From Lophium mytilinum (taxonomy: Eukaryota): a stretch of 64,000 nt of DNA. The number at the start of each line of letters is the position of its first letter. The stretch's first letter is position 1. Both the position numbers and the translations under genes were made by a program. The DNA is taken from positions 1,429,673 to 1,493,672 of the forward strand of contig MU004188.1 in NCBI GenBank assembly GCA_010093605.1, read 5' to 3'. A model generated the notes under the pieces. It made no database searches. It was not told the DNA's origin and worked only from the letters and a program-made list of their open reading frames with translations. Shown piece by piece: positions 1 through 14,796 of the stretch.

Positions 1-1330
1 ATACTCTATAGTAGCTTAAAGCTATTATCTTAAGGCGTTATTATTCTAGGCTCTAAGCGCTAAGAAGTTAATATAGCTAAGAAACTTATTACGCGCATTT
101 ATAATCTATAAGAGTTTCTTAAAAAAGAACTCTATTAGAATTAATCTAAGATAAAGAAGCTAGCTAATTAAAATTAGCTACCCGCCCTAGAGTTTAAAGT
201 TAATAATATAGTTATACTAAATACTAAGAATATCTATACTATATAGCTAAGTAAGTCTTTTAACTATAAGAACCTTAGTCCCTTTTATATAATACGGGTT
301 ATTAATAATATAGCCTATAAGCTAGAACTTTCTAAGTCTATAAAAGGAATTTTTCTAGTATTTTACCCCTAGTTACTTTATTAAATTAATAAGATACCTC
401 TTCTAGAATAATATCTAGAACCCCTGCCTATACTTAAAATAGAAGAAGATAGCTTTATAGAGTAGTACTATATTAATAAAGTTCTTAATTTCTAATTTAA
501 TAGCCACTAATTAGATCTATATATAGGTAAGAAACTCTACCTTATATATAAGATAGCCTAGACCGGGTATAATAATACCTAGCCTAAATAGAAACCTTAC
601 TAGAATGCGGATAGCTATAATAAGCTTCTTATAGAGTATTATAATAAGTATAGCCTTAAACTAGAATCTTATTTAATATTTAGTATATTAAAATAGAAGG
701 TTATAAAAATAATAGGTAAAAGTATAAGCGCTACTATAGTAATAGTAGGCCTATAGAATATTCTTAGTACTAGCCTAAGTAAGTATAAATAGTAACCTTA
801 TTAGGTAGCTAAGTTATCTTATAAGAAGGCTATTCTATATAGGTAACCTAAAGTAGAACTCTAATAGATAGAAGCTAATAATAGGCCTTAGGTTAATTTA
901 TATAGCCTGCTTGCAGCGCTTAAAAATAAATATAATAATAGAAATAATAGAAATAATAGAAATAATAGATATAGTAAGACTATAGATAATAGTAAGTATA
1001 GAGATAGTAAGGCTACATAAGTAGCTTAATAAGAATAGAATAGAAAGAATAGAAGAGCTATAATATATTATAAGCCTTATAGAACTTTAGCTTTTAAAGA
1101 AGGGGGTAGTATTATAGTATAAATCTAAAATTATAATAATTATATACTAAGGTTATATACCGCCCCTTATATAACCTAAGTAAGACGCTAGCCCGGCGCT
1201 AGGCCGCGGTCTATACGCCGGCGTTAAACTATAACCTCTTAAGAGCTTCTAGCTCTCTCTCTTCTTTTTAGCTTAGATTTTTATAATAGTTAATATACCT
1301 TATTACTTATATTATATTAGCCCCCCTATA
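1..1330 (+). mobile_element. Ty3/Gypsy chromovirus family A, copy A1 (3' end only; RIP-inactivated)
   Basis: Integrase C-terminus and chromodomain remnant at ~460-620 (deRIP reading approx. YYVDEVLD...YKMAWTGY...WEPY). Polypurine tract aaagaagggggtag at 1096-1109, then LTR 1110-1330. Sequence is the reverse complement of 6354-~7690. Confidence 0.88.
1110..1330 (+). repeat. 3' LTR of Gypsy A1 (~220 bp)
   Basis: Follows the PPT and matches the reverse complements of 6354-6575 and 13845-14066 (shared core cgctagcc..gcgctaggccgcgg..cgccggcgttaaactataacc). Ends are TA..TA, i.e. RIP-converted TG..CA. Confidence 0.9.
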
Positions 1331-1539
1331 ATAAAGGCTATAATAATATCTATAACCTTAAATAGAAACTCCGCCTAGATATTATTACTAGCGCTATTTT
1401 AGATAAAGGCTTTACTACTAGTCTATAGTATATTAATACTATATATAAATAGCTCTATAATAATAGTATTAATAAAAATATGTAACCTAATAACTATAGC
1501 TTTAGTAATTTTAACTATAACTAGCTCTAAGGCTTTAAT

Positions 1540-1622
1540 TATAATAGTTATAACTATAATAACTATAATTACTATAATAACTATAATTACTATAACTATA
1601 ATTATAACTATAACTATAACTA
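1540..1622. repeat. Degenerate aactat/aactataat microsatellite in Gypsy B gag
   Basis: Tandem aactataat(t) and aactat units, probably a RIP-altered low-complexity coding stretch. Confidence 0.6.
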
Positions 1623-4600
1623 TACTCTACGCCCTCTAACCGCCGCTACTATCTCTATAACCTAAGAGAATATTAAGATTACCTCTTTCTTTAACTAGGT
1701 ACCCCCTAATAAACTCTATAAAGGTAATAAAGAAGCACTTATAAAGAATAGTAAGTACTTCTACTACTACTTCTCTAAATACTTTACCTAAAACCTATAT
1801 TACTCTATAAACTAACTTAATAAACTAGGCTTTACTACTTATTAAATAGATTTAGCGCCCCGTTTTAATAATTATACCGCCTGCATTAAAGAACTCTTAG
1901 ATAATAATAGCTTTAATAACTATAAAACCCTTAATAATAATTACGGCTTAAGCCGCTCTAAAGGTAAGGGTTTTTAGAGAAAAGTAAAGTTATAGACTAT
2001 AGTTATAGTCTATAATATAATAAGAACTTAGTTATATAGAATCTTTAGTATAGAAGGCTTATTATTTTAGCAGCCTCTTTTAGTAAAGCTTAATAGAAAC
2101 TATTTTAAAATAAAGATAGAGGATTTAATATTAAGCGGGTAAATAATATAGTCCTTTTAGTAATAGTATAAATCTATAAGAAAGAATAACCTATAGAAAT
2201 AATAAAAATTAATTCTTATCTTAATTATAGAGCTACTAATCTATTTACTAGTACTAAGTTTACGCATCTAGTAAATTTACCCCTAAAACCTCTTAAGAAA
2301 GCCTAAGTTCTTAAACTTATAGATAGATTAGCTATTACCTAAAAAGTAATATATAAAGCCCTTCTTAGTATAGATATAAATAGTTATTAAAGTTACTACT
2401 AGGCCTATATTATAGACCTAGAAGACTATAATATTATTCTTAGCCTTAACTAGCTTTAAGACTATAACCTAGTAATTAACTAGAAGGTAGGCCGCCTAGA
2501 CTTTATTTACTCTTACTATAAACTATACTAGAACTATATATACTATTTTAACTATAACTCTATTACTATCTAGGTAAATAGTATATATTTTTATAATATA
2601 TCTAATAATTACTATAATCTTATAGACTAGAAATCTATTAGTATAGACGCTTATATATAAATAGCTGCTATCTCTAAGTATAAAGAATAGAAGCTTAAAT
2701 AGATTTCTTACTATATTATTAAAACTTTAGAAAATAAAAATAAGAACTTTATTATTACTTATAATAGCCTGTAAGTTATAGCCTTCTATATAGGTAATAA
2801 TATTCTACTAAAAGCTTATAAAATCTCTATAGAAGATATTAAAAAATTTATATATATTAAGATATATCTCTTCTATAATAAGATAATTTAATAGCTATCT
2901 AAGTAACTACGCTACTATATTTATATCTTTAACTAGATAGAAGTAAATATACTTCTACCTTATTAACTAGGCATTAATTATAAAATTAACCTTATTTCTA
3001 GCGCTAGTAAACTACCTAAAGCCCGTCCTTATACTATATTTAAGAAAGAGCTTAAAGTTATTAAGAAATAAATTAATAATAACCTTAATAAAGGGTTTAT
3101 TTATAAATTATAATTATCTATATTCTCTTTTATACTTCTTATCTAAAAATCTAGTAGCGGAGTCTAGTTCTATATTAACTATAGAGCTGTTAATATACTA
3201 ATAGTTAAAACTTAATATCTATTACTACTAGTTTAAAAGACCCTCTAAAAGCTTAGTAATACTAAATAGTACTTTAAACTTAATATTATATCCGCATTTA
3301 ACTGCATTTAAATGCGTAAAGAAGATAAAGGCCTTACTACCTTCTCTACTTACTAGAGCTAATATAAATTACTTATTATACTATTTAGTATTATAGAAGG
3401 CCTAGGCTATTTCTAATTCTATATTAATTAAACGCTATATAACTACCTTAATAACTTCTATTCTATCTATATAGATAATATCTTAGTTTATATAAATAGT
3501 ACTAAGAAATAATATAAAGAATATATAGCTAAAGTTCTTAAATAACTTAATAAAGCCGGCCTAAACTATAACTTTAATAAATATAAATTTAATAAGATAG
3601 AAATTAAATACCTAGAACTTATTATTATAATAGATAGCATCTATATAGACTTTAAGAAAGTCGCCGCTATTATTAGCTAGAAGATACTAATGTGCCTACG
3701 CAATATATAAGCTTTCTTAAAATTTACTAACTTCTATTAACGCTTTATATACGCGTTCTCTTAAATTATTAGCCTACTTATATCTATAATAAAGACTATA
3801 GATAGTAAAAAGACTAAACTTAAGATATAATTTATTTAGAATACTAAATATAATAAAGCCTTCTAAATACTTAAAATAGTATTTACTACTATACTAATTC
3901 TATACTACTTCTAGTATAGTAAGAAGGTCTATATTAAAACTAACGCTTTTAACTATATTATTACTAGAGTTATATCTTAAGAAGGGAAGAATAGCCTACT
4001 ATACCCTATTACCTTCTTTTTATCTAAAATAAGCCTCTAGAAATATAACTATAAAATCTATAATAAGAAACTACTTACTATAGTTAAGGCCTTTAAAGAA
4101 TAGCGCTTTAAACTAGTAAGCGCTAATCTAGATAACCCTATAAATATACTTATAGATTACTATAATCTTAAGTATTTTATATTAATAAAATACCTTAATT
4201 ATTACTAAGCCCGCTAGGCTAGTTTTCTTGCCGGATTTAACTTTAAAATTATCTACTAGCCGGGCGTTCTTAGAGGAAAACTAGATAGCCTAATAAAAAG
4301 ATTATAAGACCTTTTAACTAATCTAGATAACCTATATAATTAGTTTTAATACTAAATAGTTTTTAAATCTTATAACTTAGGCCTAGGTATTATACTAATA
4401 TATTTACTAAATATTAACTTAAGCTTATCTAATAATAGCCTAGGCTATATACTAAATCTAATTAGGCTAGTACCTTACTATAAAGAGTTAGACCTATTAA
4501 TAACTATAGAGTTACTACTATTAAAAATATACTCTTAATTTCTTTTTATACCTATAATACTATATAGCTATACGCATAATAATAATATTAATCTAGACTT

Positions 4601-6353
4601 TAACTCTAACTCTAACTCTAACTCTAACTTTAACTCTAACTCTTACCTTAAATCTAATTCTTCTTTTATAATTAAACTACTCTCTATAAATAATAATAAT
4701 CTCTATATAGAGCCTAATCTAGTCTATTAGTATATACTTACTAAGCTATTTAATAAAGGCTATTTTAGCCTACTATAGAACTTACTAGAGCCGCTATTTA
4801 ATTCTATACTCTATAAACTTATTACTCTTATAGATAATAGTAAGCGCGCACTTTCTTAATCTTTATATAATATTATTAGTAATCTAGATATCTTAGAATT
4901 TAAAGTCTACTATAATTAACTATATTACTATAGCCGGTTATATATATCTATATATAATAATCTTTACCTTAAGCTCTTATAGCTTACCTATAATACTACT
5001 ATTAGTAGATACCTAGAAAAGTATAGTATATATAAACTTATTTAATAATACTACTTCTAGCTAGGTATATATAATTTAGTTAAAAACTATACTAGCGCCT
5101 ACTATAGTTATAAATAATTAAAGGCCTTCTATAATAAGAAATAAGGTCTCCTGCATTTACTTAATATACTAGAATAGCGCTAGACTAATATTACTATAGA
5201 CTTTATTATAGAACTTCCTCCCTATAAATATAATAGATAAGTCTATACTAAGATTCTTATTATTATCTACTATACTAGTAAGGAATGTTACTATATTTCT
5301 ATAAGTAGTACCTCTATCTATAATATTATTAATACTTTTCTCTATAAAATCTATTATCTTTATAGCCTCCCCTATATTATTATTAGTAATTATAACCTAT
5401 ATTTTATCTTAAACATTTAAAAATAAGTTTATAAGCGCCTTAGTGTTTACTAAAATATTTCTATAGCCGCCTACTCTAAAACTAATAGATAGATAGAAAA
5501 TATAAACGCTATTATAAAAGCCTATCTTTAGTAGTTTATTAATTACTACTAGAATAACTAGGTTAATTACTTACCTATTAGTAAGTTCTTAGTAAATAAC
5601 TAAGTTAATACTTTAACTATAATAACGCCTTTCTTTATTAATAAAGGTTTTTACCCGCGTTCTAGCCTTAAGCCTCTACTAGGCGCAATAAATAATACTA
5701 TACCCGCACCTCTATCTATATTTAACCCTCTATCTATATCTACTCTTAGTACTAATACTACTATCTATTACTATTAACTTAAAGGTAATAAATATATTAG
5801 CTAGATAAAGAAGATTCTAAATAAATATAAGGCTATAATAATATAGATATAAACTAAGTAAATAGACTATATAAACTAATACTATAACCCTCTACTAAAG
5901 CTTTAAGTTAATAACTAGGTCTAGCTTAACGCCTATAATATAAAGACTACCTAACTAAATAAGTTACTTAATTATAAAAACCTTAGTCCTTTCTATATTA
6001 GTAAAATTATTAATAAAAGTTATACCTTTTAACTTAACTTTATAAATATAAGCCTTAAAGGCTCTTAAATATACTCTATCTTTTATCTATATCTTCTCTA
6101 CCTAGATAGGTTCTATCTACTACTATACTAATACTAGCTACTACTACCTTCTATCTAGGTAATTAACTCTATAACCTTTAAATCTATTAAATAATATCTA
6201 ATTACATACATTATTAATAGCCGCTAGCGCGGCCGCGGGCTAAAAGAATACTACTACCTTAAATATAAAGGACTTTATAAAGGTTATACTATACTATAGA
6301 AATAGTAACTATAGAAGTAGTTTATACCTAAAGCTATAGATCTAATTAGTAAA

Positions 6354-6575
6354 TATAGGGGGCCGATATAATATAAGTAATAGGGTGTATTAACTATTAT
6401 AAAAATCTAAGCTAAGAAGGAGAGAGAGAGCTAGGAGCTCTTAAGAGGTTATAGTTTAACGCCGGCGCACGGGCCGCGGCCTAGCGCCTTAGGCTAGCGT
6501 CTTACTTAGGTTATATAAGGGGCTGCATGTAACCTTAGTATATAATTATTATAATTCTAGGTTTATACTATAATA
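6354..6575 (-). repeat. 3' LTR of Gypsy A2
   Basis: Near-identical to 13845-14066 and adjacent to the PPT. Confidence 0.92.
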
Positions 6576-9500
6576 CTACCTCCCCCTTTAAAAGCTAAAG
6601 TTCTATAAGGCTTATAATATATTATAGCTCCTCTATTCTTTCTATTCTATTTCTATTAAGCTACTTATATAGCCTTACTATTTATATACTTACTATTATC
6701 TATAGTTTTACTATATCTATTATTTCTATTATTTCTATTCTTATATTTATGCTTATAGTTATTTTTAAGCGCTATAAGTAGACTATATAAATTAACCTAA
6801 GGCCTATTATTAGCTTCTACCTATTAGAGTTTTACTTTAGATTGCCTATATAAAATAGCCTTCTTATAAGATAACTTAGCTACCTAATAAGGTTGCCGTT
6901 TATATTTACTTAGGCTAGTACTAAGAATATTCTATAGGCCTACTATTACCGTAGCAGCGCTTATACTCTTATCTATTATTTTTATAACCTTCTATTTAGG
7001 CATTCTAAATATTAAATAAGGTTCTACTTTAAGGGTATACTTTATATAGTATTCCGTAAGAAGTTTATTATAACTATTAGCGTTCTAATAGGGCTTCTAT
7101 TTAGGCTAGGTATTATTATATCTAGTCTAGGCTATCTTATAGACTAAGTAAGGCTTCTTACCTATATATAGATTAAGTTAGCGGCCGTTAAACTAGAAGT
7201 TAAGAACTTTATTAATATAGAACTACCCTATAAAGCCGTCTTCTTCTATCTTAAGTATAGGTAGAGGTTCTAGATATTATTCTAGAAGGGGCGTTTTATT
7301 AATTTAATAAAGTAGCTAGAGGTAGAATACTAGAAAGATTTCCTTTATAGACTTAGAAAGTTCTAGCTTATAGGCTATATTATTAATAACCTATATTATA
7401 TAAAAGGGACTAAAATTCTTATAGTTAAGGAACTTACTTAGCCGTATAGTATAAATATTCTTAGTATTAAGTATAACTATATTATTAACCTTAAATTCTA
7501 GGGCAGGTAGATAGTTCCGGTTGGCTAGCTCCTTTATTTTTAACTAATTCTAGCGTAGTTTACCTTTAAGAAACTTATGCAGGTTATAAATATAGGTAAC
7601 TAGCTTTTTAGCTACATTAACGCCTTATCGCTCGGGTTCCGGGATAATAATACCCCGTAATAATAGTTCTAGCCCGCTGCGGGGCGTATAGCTCTTAGTA
7701 GCTTTAAAAGGTAATATACTAGTAGACTAGTTAATATTAGTATTAGCTTTAAACTTAGTAAAGGTAATTAGGTTTACCTAGTTATCTTATAAGTAATAAA
7801 TATATACGCGTAGGTATTACTTTAGGCCCGCGTTAATAATTTTAGTCTAGCTATTAGTTTCCGGGTAGGCTATTATAGATAGCTTTAGGTATATTTCTAC
7901 GCGTTTATATAGATATTTCTAAAAGAAAGATATAAACTATATACCGCAGTTAGATATAATATAGTCTAGATAGCCTTCTTTATACTAGATCTAGTTAATA
8001 AAAGCTTAGGTAATATCCTCTAGCTCTATAGAGTCTAGAGAAATAAACTTATACTTCTTAGAAAGCCGGTTAATAACTACTATAACATATTAATATGTAC
8101 AGCCCTTAATTATATAAGGGGGTAGCTTAGTAATAAAATTAATAGATATATCTATCTAGTATTAATTTAGAATAGGTAGTAGTTTAAGTAGGCTATACTT
8201 ACTATTTTTATAGACCTTAGTGCATCTATATATTAGGTAGGCGTTAATATATATAGTAATAGAGTTTATAATACCTAGCTAGTAGTACTAAGAGAAGAGG
8301 TAATAGTAGAGGGAGTTTCTTCTAGTATAGCCTCTAGGGAGAGAGTTATAGGCTTTTTTAATTAATTATATATAGAGCTTTACGTTATATAGAATATATA
8401 GGCGGCCGTTAATAAATAGCCTATTTTTATAGATCTTATAGTTACTAAGCTTAATCTTAATTCCTTATTTCTAAATAAGTTTAAGAGGAATTTATTATTT
8501 ACCTATCTCTTTAGTATATATAATACGCTAGAGGATATTATCCTCTATATATATATAATTAATCTACTAAATAGTAGCGTTATTAGTATAATCCCCTAGT
8601 AAGTTCTTATCTAACTTATTACTAGGCTTAGACACCTTTAGCGCTTCTTCTTTAGTAGTAGAGTCTATAGATTTAAAGGTAATTAGCGCTATAACTTTAG
8701 AGGCAGCGTTCTATAGATCTTTATCTAACTTACTATAATTAGCTATAGCCTTAGTTAAGCGCCTCTTTACTCTTATTCTATTAGCTACTAGAATAATATA
8801 TAGAATATCTATAGGGTATTATTCTATAACTTTATATATTAGCTTAGCGAGCCGGATAATAGATACTTTCTATTTATTAAAAAGTATACTAGCGAGCTAG
8901 AGGGCTTAGTATATTTCTTCTAGTAGGTTCCTCTTCTTTAATACTATTTATATTTAATATATAGTTCTAGAGTTATTTAAATTATCTAGAATATTACTAG
9001 GCCTATAAGTAAGGCTATTAGGCTTAGTTAACTACTTACCTAGTTGCTAGTTTAGAATAAAATTAAACTATAAGAGGTATTTAGCCTAATAGGCTTAGTA
9101 GTAATTAAGCTATTTTAATAATATAAAGTATTCTAGGTTCTTATAATCTATTTATATAAGTATAGGGTTAATTACGCTAGTAAGCTTAGGGCGCTATTCT
9201 TTAAAGGCGCGGATAATAGTAAGTAACTCCTTATTATATATCTTATAGTTATATTTAGCTAAAGTTATTTTCTTAGAAAGAAAGGTAATAGGGCGGAGGA
9301 TTCTATCTAGGCCTTATTAAGAGAGGATAGCGGTAATAATATAGTTAGATGCGTCTATTTCTAATATATAGTCTAGGTCTAGATTAAAGTAGACTAAGAC
9401 TAGTGCTAAAAGAAAAGAGGCTTTAAGCTTCTTAAAGGCTTACACTACTAGACTATTAGTAAGTAAGAGAAAATTACCTTATTCTATAGTTTTCTTAGTA

Positions 9501-12500
9501 AGCTTAGTTAATAGAGTAGTAATTTATAAGTATTCTATAATAAATTATTAGTAGAAGTTATAAAAACTAAGAAATAATTATATATTCTTAATATTACGCG
9601 GCAGCTTCTAGTTCTAGATAGCGCTAACTTTATTTAGGTCTATTTCTATACTATTAGGCGTAATAATAAGTCTAAGATACTTAACGCGTTTAACTAAAAA
9701 GTAATATTTATTAATATTAAGGAAGAGTTCTATATTACGCAGGGCTATAAGAATATTTATATAGTCTCTTTTATAGTTCTTTTTATTATTACTATAGATA
9801 AGAATATTATCTATATAGGCTATATAGTAGATATCTAGATATAGATAAAGTATAGAATTAATAAAGAATTAGAACGTTCTAGAAGTATTATATAAGCTAA
9901 AAGGCATAACATTAAATTTAAAGATACTATATCGGGTGCAGAATACTATCTTAGGTTAATTACTATCTTTAATATAGATATTATTAAAGGCTGCAATAAT
10001 ATTAAAGATAGAGTATATCTTAGCTTTATAAAGCTGCGTAATTATATTATATAGAAGAGAAGGGGCGTTTCTATTCTTAACTATAATTTTATTTAATAAG
10101 TAGTAATTAATATAGATATAGAGTCCTCCGCCTAGTTTATAGATAATAATAACTAGCACTATAAAGAGTAATATACTAGAATAGATAAAGCTTTTACTAA
10201 GTATTTTATTAATATAGGCTTTAACGGCCTGTAATTTATTACGGGAAAGGCTATACTAACGCGGGACTAGTAGTTTTATATTAGGGTCTTTAAAATTAAT
10301 AGTATAATTAACGCTAGGCCTATATAGAGGCAGCTTATTAGCTACTTATAGATTAAATGCGTCTAAAATCTAGTAGAAGAAGGGAGAAACCTTCTATTAT
10401 AGCTAGTCCTTAGTATATAGTAATTTAGTTATTTTCTCTTTAAATTAGCGGTAGTTTTTAGCAGTAATACTAGCTAGATTTACTACCTATTATCTATATA
10501 TATATTACTTATCTATATTCTATAGTTAATCTAGTTACTTAAAGTCTTATAAACTAATAGTTATAACTATATCTTTATTATATTTAGCTATAATAGAATA
10601 GGCGTACGCGGAGATAAATTAAATATTATATGCTAGCGGCTTATCTAGTAGAACTAGTTTAGGCGGAAGAGGCTTGCCATTATAATTAAGCTAAGGGGAG
10701 TCTTCCGCGTTATTAGGGCCCTTAATAGTTAGGGTAAGGTTAGGGTTAAAGTTAGAGTTAGAGTTAGAGTTAGAGTTAGAGTTATATTAAGAGCTATAGA
10801 AGTCGCCTAGGTTTTAATATAGTTTAATTTTAATATATTTTAAATAAATAAGGCTCTTTATAATAACTAGCCTACTATAATAGAGGTAGTTAGATATATA
10901 GTAGTTAGATTAGAAGATAAGTTGCGTCTTTCTAAAGCTAATAGTAGGGTTATAAAGTTAAAGCTAGGGCATGCCTAGAATTATATTATATTATCTAGTA
11001 TTAGTAATATAGTAGATAATAGTATTATAGTAGTTACCTATATAGAAGGTAATATCTACTATATAGTCTAATATAATAGAGGGCTTACTATTAGTAAGCT
11101 TAAGAATAATAGGTTATAAAAGAAGTTAGGTAGATATCTTATAATAGCGCGCGGTCTTTAAATAAAGAAACTAAGAGCCTAATTCTATATTAGAAAGAAT
11201 CTTAGCAGTAAATAAATTAGAATTAGATTAGAGAATACTACCTAAGAAGCTAAACTATTTGCTGTTAACTAGTTAAGGCGTAAGCGCAGATATACGCATA
11301 ATAACCGGCTTAATTTCTTATTTTAAAATAGTAATCCTATCTATAACCGCTCTTAATTTTCTATTATTAAAGGCTATTAGAGATTCTTAGTAGTAACTAT
11401 TACTAAAAACTAAGTATTTTCTATTATCTTATTATAGGTAGAGCCGCTAGTATATATAGCGCTAATATTAACGCCGGTAAGATTAATCTTATCTATAAGG
11501 CCGTTAACCTTATAGATTAGAACTAGCTATTAGCTAATATATAGTATATTACTATTAGCTATATATCCGCGCTCTAGATAGTTCTAGTAGCGGCCTAGCT
11601 ACTTAAGGCGCGTAATAGTGCGGTAATTGCGGCTAAAGGGGCCTAGTAAATTATTTATAGTAGTAGTAGTACTAGAAGTAGTATTACTAGTATTATTCTT
11701 AGATATGCGCTTAGTATTAGTAAGTAGCAGGTAATAAGGTATAGTAGAGGTTAAGCTTACGCCTATAGGTTTATAGGTATTACGCATAGACTTAGAAGTC
11801 TTCTTCTCTTTACTCTTATTTAGCTTAATAATATTAAGCTATAATTCTAGAGTCTATAGAAATATAATAAAAGTTATTATATTACTATCTTATCTATTAG
11901 TAGCTTTATACTTAAGGCTATTAGTAAGATTATATTATATATAGTAGATCTTCTTAGGATCTTTAAGATAGAGGGAGGCTACACTAGTATTAAAGTATTC
12001 TACCTAGGTTATAACGCGCTTATCTTTTTCTTGCATAAACTTACTATTATATAAATTAGTGCGTATATTAGCTGCCTTATTAAAAGGTCTATAGACCTTA
12101 TCTAGATTATTAATTAGTTCTTCTATAGAGAGGTATAGCTTATTACTATTAGGTTTAGCGTAATAGAAGATTATATTAAAGGCTTCTTTCTTAAGCTAGT
12201 TATAGATATATACTATATAATAATGCGCGGTAGTATATAGTAGTGTGTAGATATCTAGCTTACTAAGTACCTATATGCGCTACTACTAATAGAATAGCTT
12301 ATTCTTATTACTACTACTAAACTTATCTAGATTAGGGTAATAAGATATTGCCGTATATATACTAAGATTCTAAACGGGCGTAAATAGAGTAGCAGACTTA
12401 CTCTTAATAGATTTAAACTATAGAGGCTAGCTAATAGAATAATAGTAGACTAGTACTGCAGGTATAGAAGAGCAGGTGCTATTATTATTATTATCTAAAT

Positions 12501-13844
12501 TATAGTTAGGGTCTAAGAGCTATAGATAAGTCTATAGATAAGTCTATTAATAAAGCTATTATTTAAGCTCTTTAATATAAGTAGTAAGCTTTTTATATAT
12601 CTCTTTAAGAGTTTAGTACTTACTATACTAATAATTATAATATAGGCGCATCTAGTTAAGCTTAAGGTTAGCCTAATAACTACTTATAACTTACTATAGC
12701 TACTTAGTATAATAGGCCTCTAATTCTTATTCTACTATAGTAGTATTATTAGAGGTATCCTATTTATACTTCTAGTACTTATTCTAGAGGTTATTATAGA
12801 GCTTATCTTTTTTATTAGCTTCTTTAAAGCCTACTTTATACTCTATATAGAGCTTCTAAAAGAATTTCTACTATACTAGATTATTCTTATTTACTATAGT
12901 AGTAAACTCTATTTTATTAGTAACTATAGTATTAATAGTTATAGTACTATTACTATAATAGTTAAGAAGCTAGACTAGTAGCTATATATAGTATTATAGG
13001 TTAGTTTTTTATAGTTTCTCTAGAATATCTATATACTTAGGTTTAGCGTCTAGAACCTATTTAGTTTTATAGTATGTAACTAGAATAAAGGCTTATTAGT
13101 CTACTATAGATACTTAGTAATAAGCGTTATATAGCTTACTACTACTAGCTTAAGTATAAGGGTTATATATATTATCTTCTATAATAAATTAAATAGCGCG
13201 CTTATCTAGGGCGTTTATACTAGGCGTTATAAAGCCGCCTTTATTATTAGAGTTATAGTCTAGGTTAAGTTTATTAGTAATATTCTAGGTTAAGGTTCTA
13301 GTAGTATTAACTTATTTATCTACTAAGCGTTTAGGGCGCTAGGTATTAGCGCGCTAGTTATTAGTGCGCTAGGTATTAGTATACTAGGTATTATCTATAG
13401 TCTATAAGAAGGCTTAGGTATTAGTATTTAGAATTAGTCCTCTAGTTCTATATTAGAAGCTAGAAATAATAGCTAAAGTAGAAGAGCCCTTAGCTATACC
13501 TTAAAAGCGCGTAAGTTATATAGTATAGTAAGCTTCTTTATTACTAGCAGTTAATAGAGTTATAGAAGTATAGGTAATTAGTAGTCCTTCTAAAGTATTT
13601 AGGTTAGTACTATTTATAGCGCCTAGAGTCTTTAGATTATCTTAAAGTCTAGCTATTAGATTAACTAGCTTATTTAAAGAAGGCGGTGCTAGATTATCTA
13701 CTAGATTAGATTTAGGTGCCGCGCGTAGCTATATAGCTAGGCCGGCTAGTATTTAAGTTATTTTAGTAAAAACGCCTAGATCTTATAATAGAGTTCTAGA
13801 AAAAATTAATAAGATTCTAAGTATAGAAGAGTAAGCTTAGATTA

Positions 13845-14066
13845 TATAGAGGGCTAATATAATATAAGTAATAGAGTGTATTAACTATTATAAAAATCTA
13901 AGCTAAGAAGAAGAGAGAGAGCTAGAAGCTCTTAAAAGGTTATAGTTTAATGCCGGCGCATAGGCCGCGGCCTAGCGCCTCGGGCTAGCGTCTTACTTAG
14001 GTTACGTAAGGGGCTGCATGTAACCTTAGCACGTAATTATTATAATTCTAGGTTTATACTATAATA
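13845..14066 (-). repeat. 5' LTR of Gypsy A2
   Basis: Near-identical to 6354-6575 and followed by TSD GTAAA. Confidence 0.92.
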
Positions 14067-14552
14067 GTAAATTCTATAACCTTAACTCTAATACTAATAG
14101 TTCTTATCTAGACTTTAAACCTAATAATAATTAGTGCGCGCGCCTAGCTAATAATAACCTTACTACTAACTATTTATAATTATAATTACTTTATACTAAG
14201 CTATATTCTTACCTTTATATAATTACTTTACCGCACCTCTATACTATAATTAATAGCCTTATATAGTTTATTATAACTTTATATATAATAACTATAATAA
14301 GATTAGAATTCTTAGCTATATAAAGTAGGCTAAGCTATTATAATAGAAAAGCCCTTATAAGTAATACCTTAAGTATACTAGCTTCTTATATACTAGTATA
14401 TAATTAATAATTAGCTAAACTACGCTATATAATTTACTATACTAGATAACTATTTACGCCCTTATAATTTAAACCTAATATAGTCTATAATACTATTTTC
14501 TTTTTCTTTTTTCCTTTTTATTTTCTTCTAGTATTCTTAAATAGGGGGGTAG

Positions 14553-14796
14553 TATAATAGATTATACTCTATTCTCTAGTTATATATTTACCTATTACTA
14601 GCCTTCTACCTCTATATCTATTATATTACCTAGCGCCGCCTATATACTAGCTTACCTAGCGCCTATACACCTCTCTCTTTTCTATATATATAGTTTCTTT
14701 CTAGAAGCCTCTCTTTCTACTTCTTATATAACCTCTTAAAATTAACCTATCTAGTTACCTTATACTACTAAGCTTTTCTATACTATAACTATAATA
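14553..14796 (+). repeat. 3' LTR of Gypsy B (right end approximate)
   Basis: Starts tataatag directly after PPT aaataggggggtag and ends ...ctataata where Copia gag sequence begins. The partner LTR is not in the window. Confidence 0.65.

Larger units (their letters stand above)
6354..14066 (-). mobile_element. Full-length Ty3/Gypsy chromovirus family A, copy A2 (~7.7 kb; RIP-inactivated)
   Basis: Direct-repeat LTRs at 6354-6575 and 13845-14066. 5-bp TSD GTAAA at 6349-6353 and 14067-14071. PPT (ctacctcccccttt on +) at ~6576-6589. Minus-strand RT AYIDDIL at ~9800-9820; ORF 9956..10159 is an RT remnant. Confidence 0.93.
1331..14796 (+). mobile_element. Ty3/Gypsy chromovirus family B (gag-pol relic), interrupted by A2; 5' part lies beyond A1, outside the window
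   Basis: DeRIP-readable motifs in Gypsy order: protease end (DIILGLNWL..HNP.IDW) ~2430-2485; RT (RFCVDYRA.N ~3165-3195, YMDDIL ~3467-3485); RNase H (TDASDY ~3938); integrase (HDTP.GGHPG ~4990, MDFITELP ~5196, HPETDGQTE ~5472); chromodomain ~6200-6310. Resumes at 14072, with PPT 14539-14552 and LTR ~14553-14796. Confidence 0.85.

Noticed and set aside
10728..10783. ttaggg/ttagag hexamers resembling telomeric repeats (similar aactct run at ~4598-4642)
   Set aside because: They lie inside Gypsy pol linker regions and are mostly not TTAGGG. Best explained as RIP-altered low-complexity codons.
9956..11787. ORFs 9956..10159 and 11599..11787 as genes
   Set aside because: They are chance stop-free remnants of RIP-mutated Gypsy A2 pol and gag.
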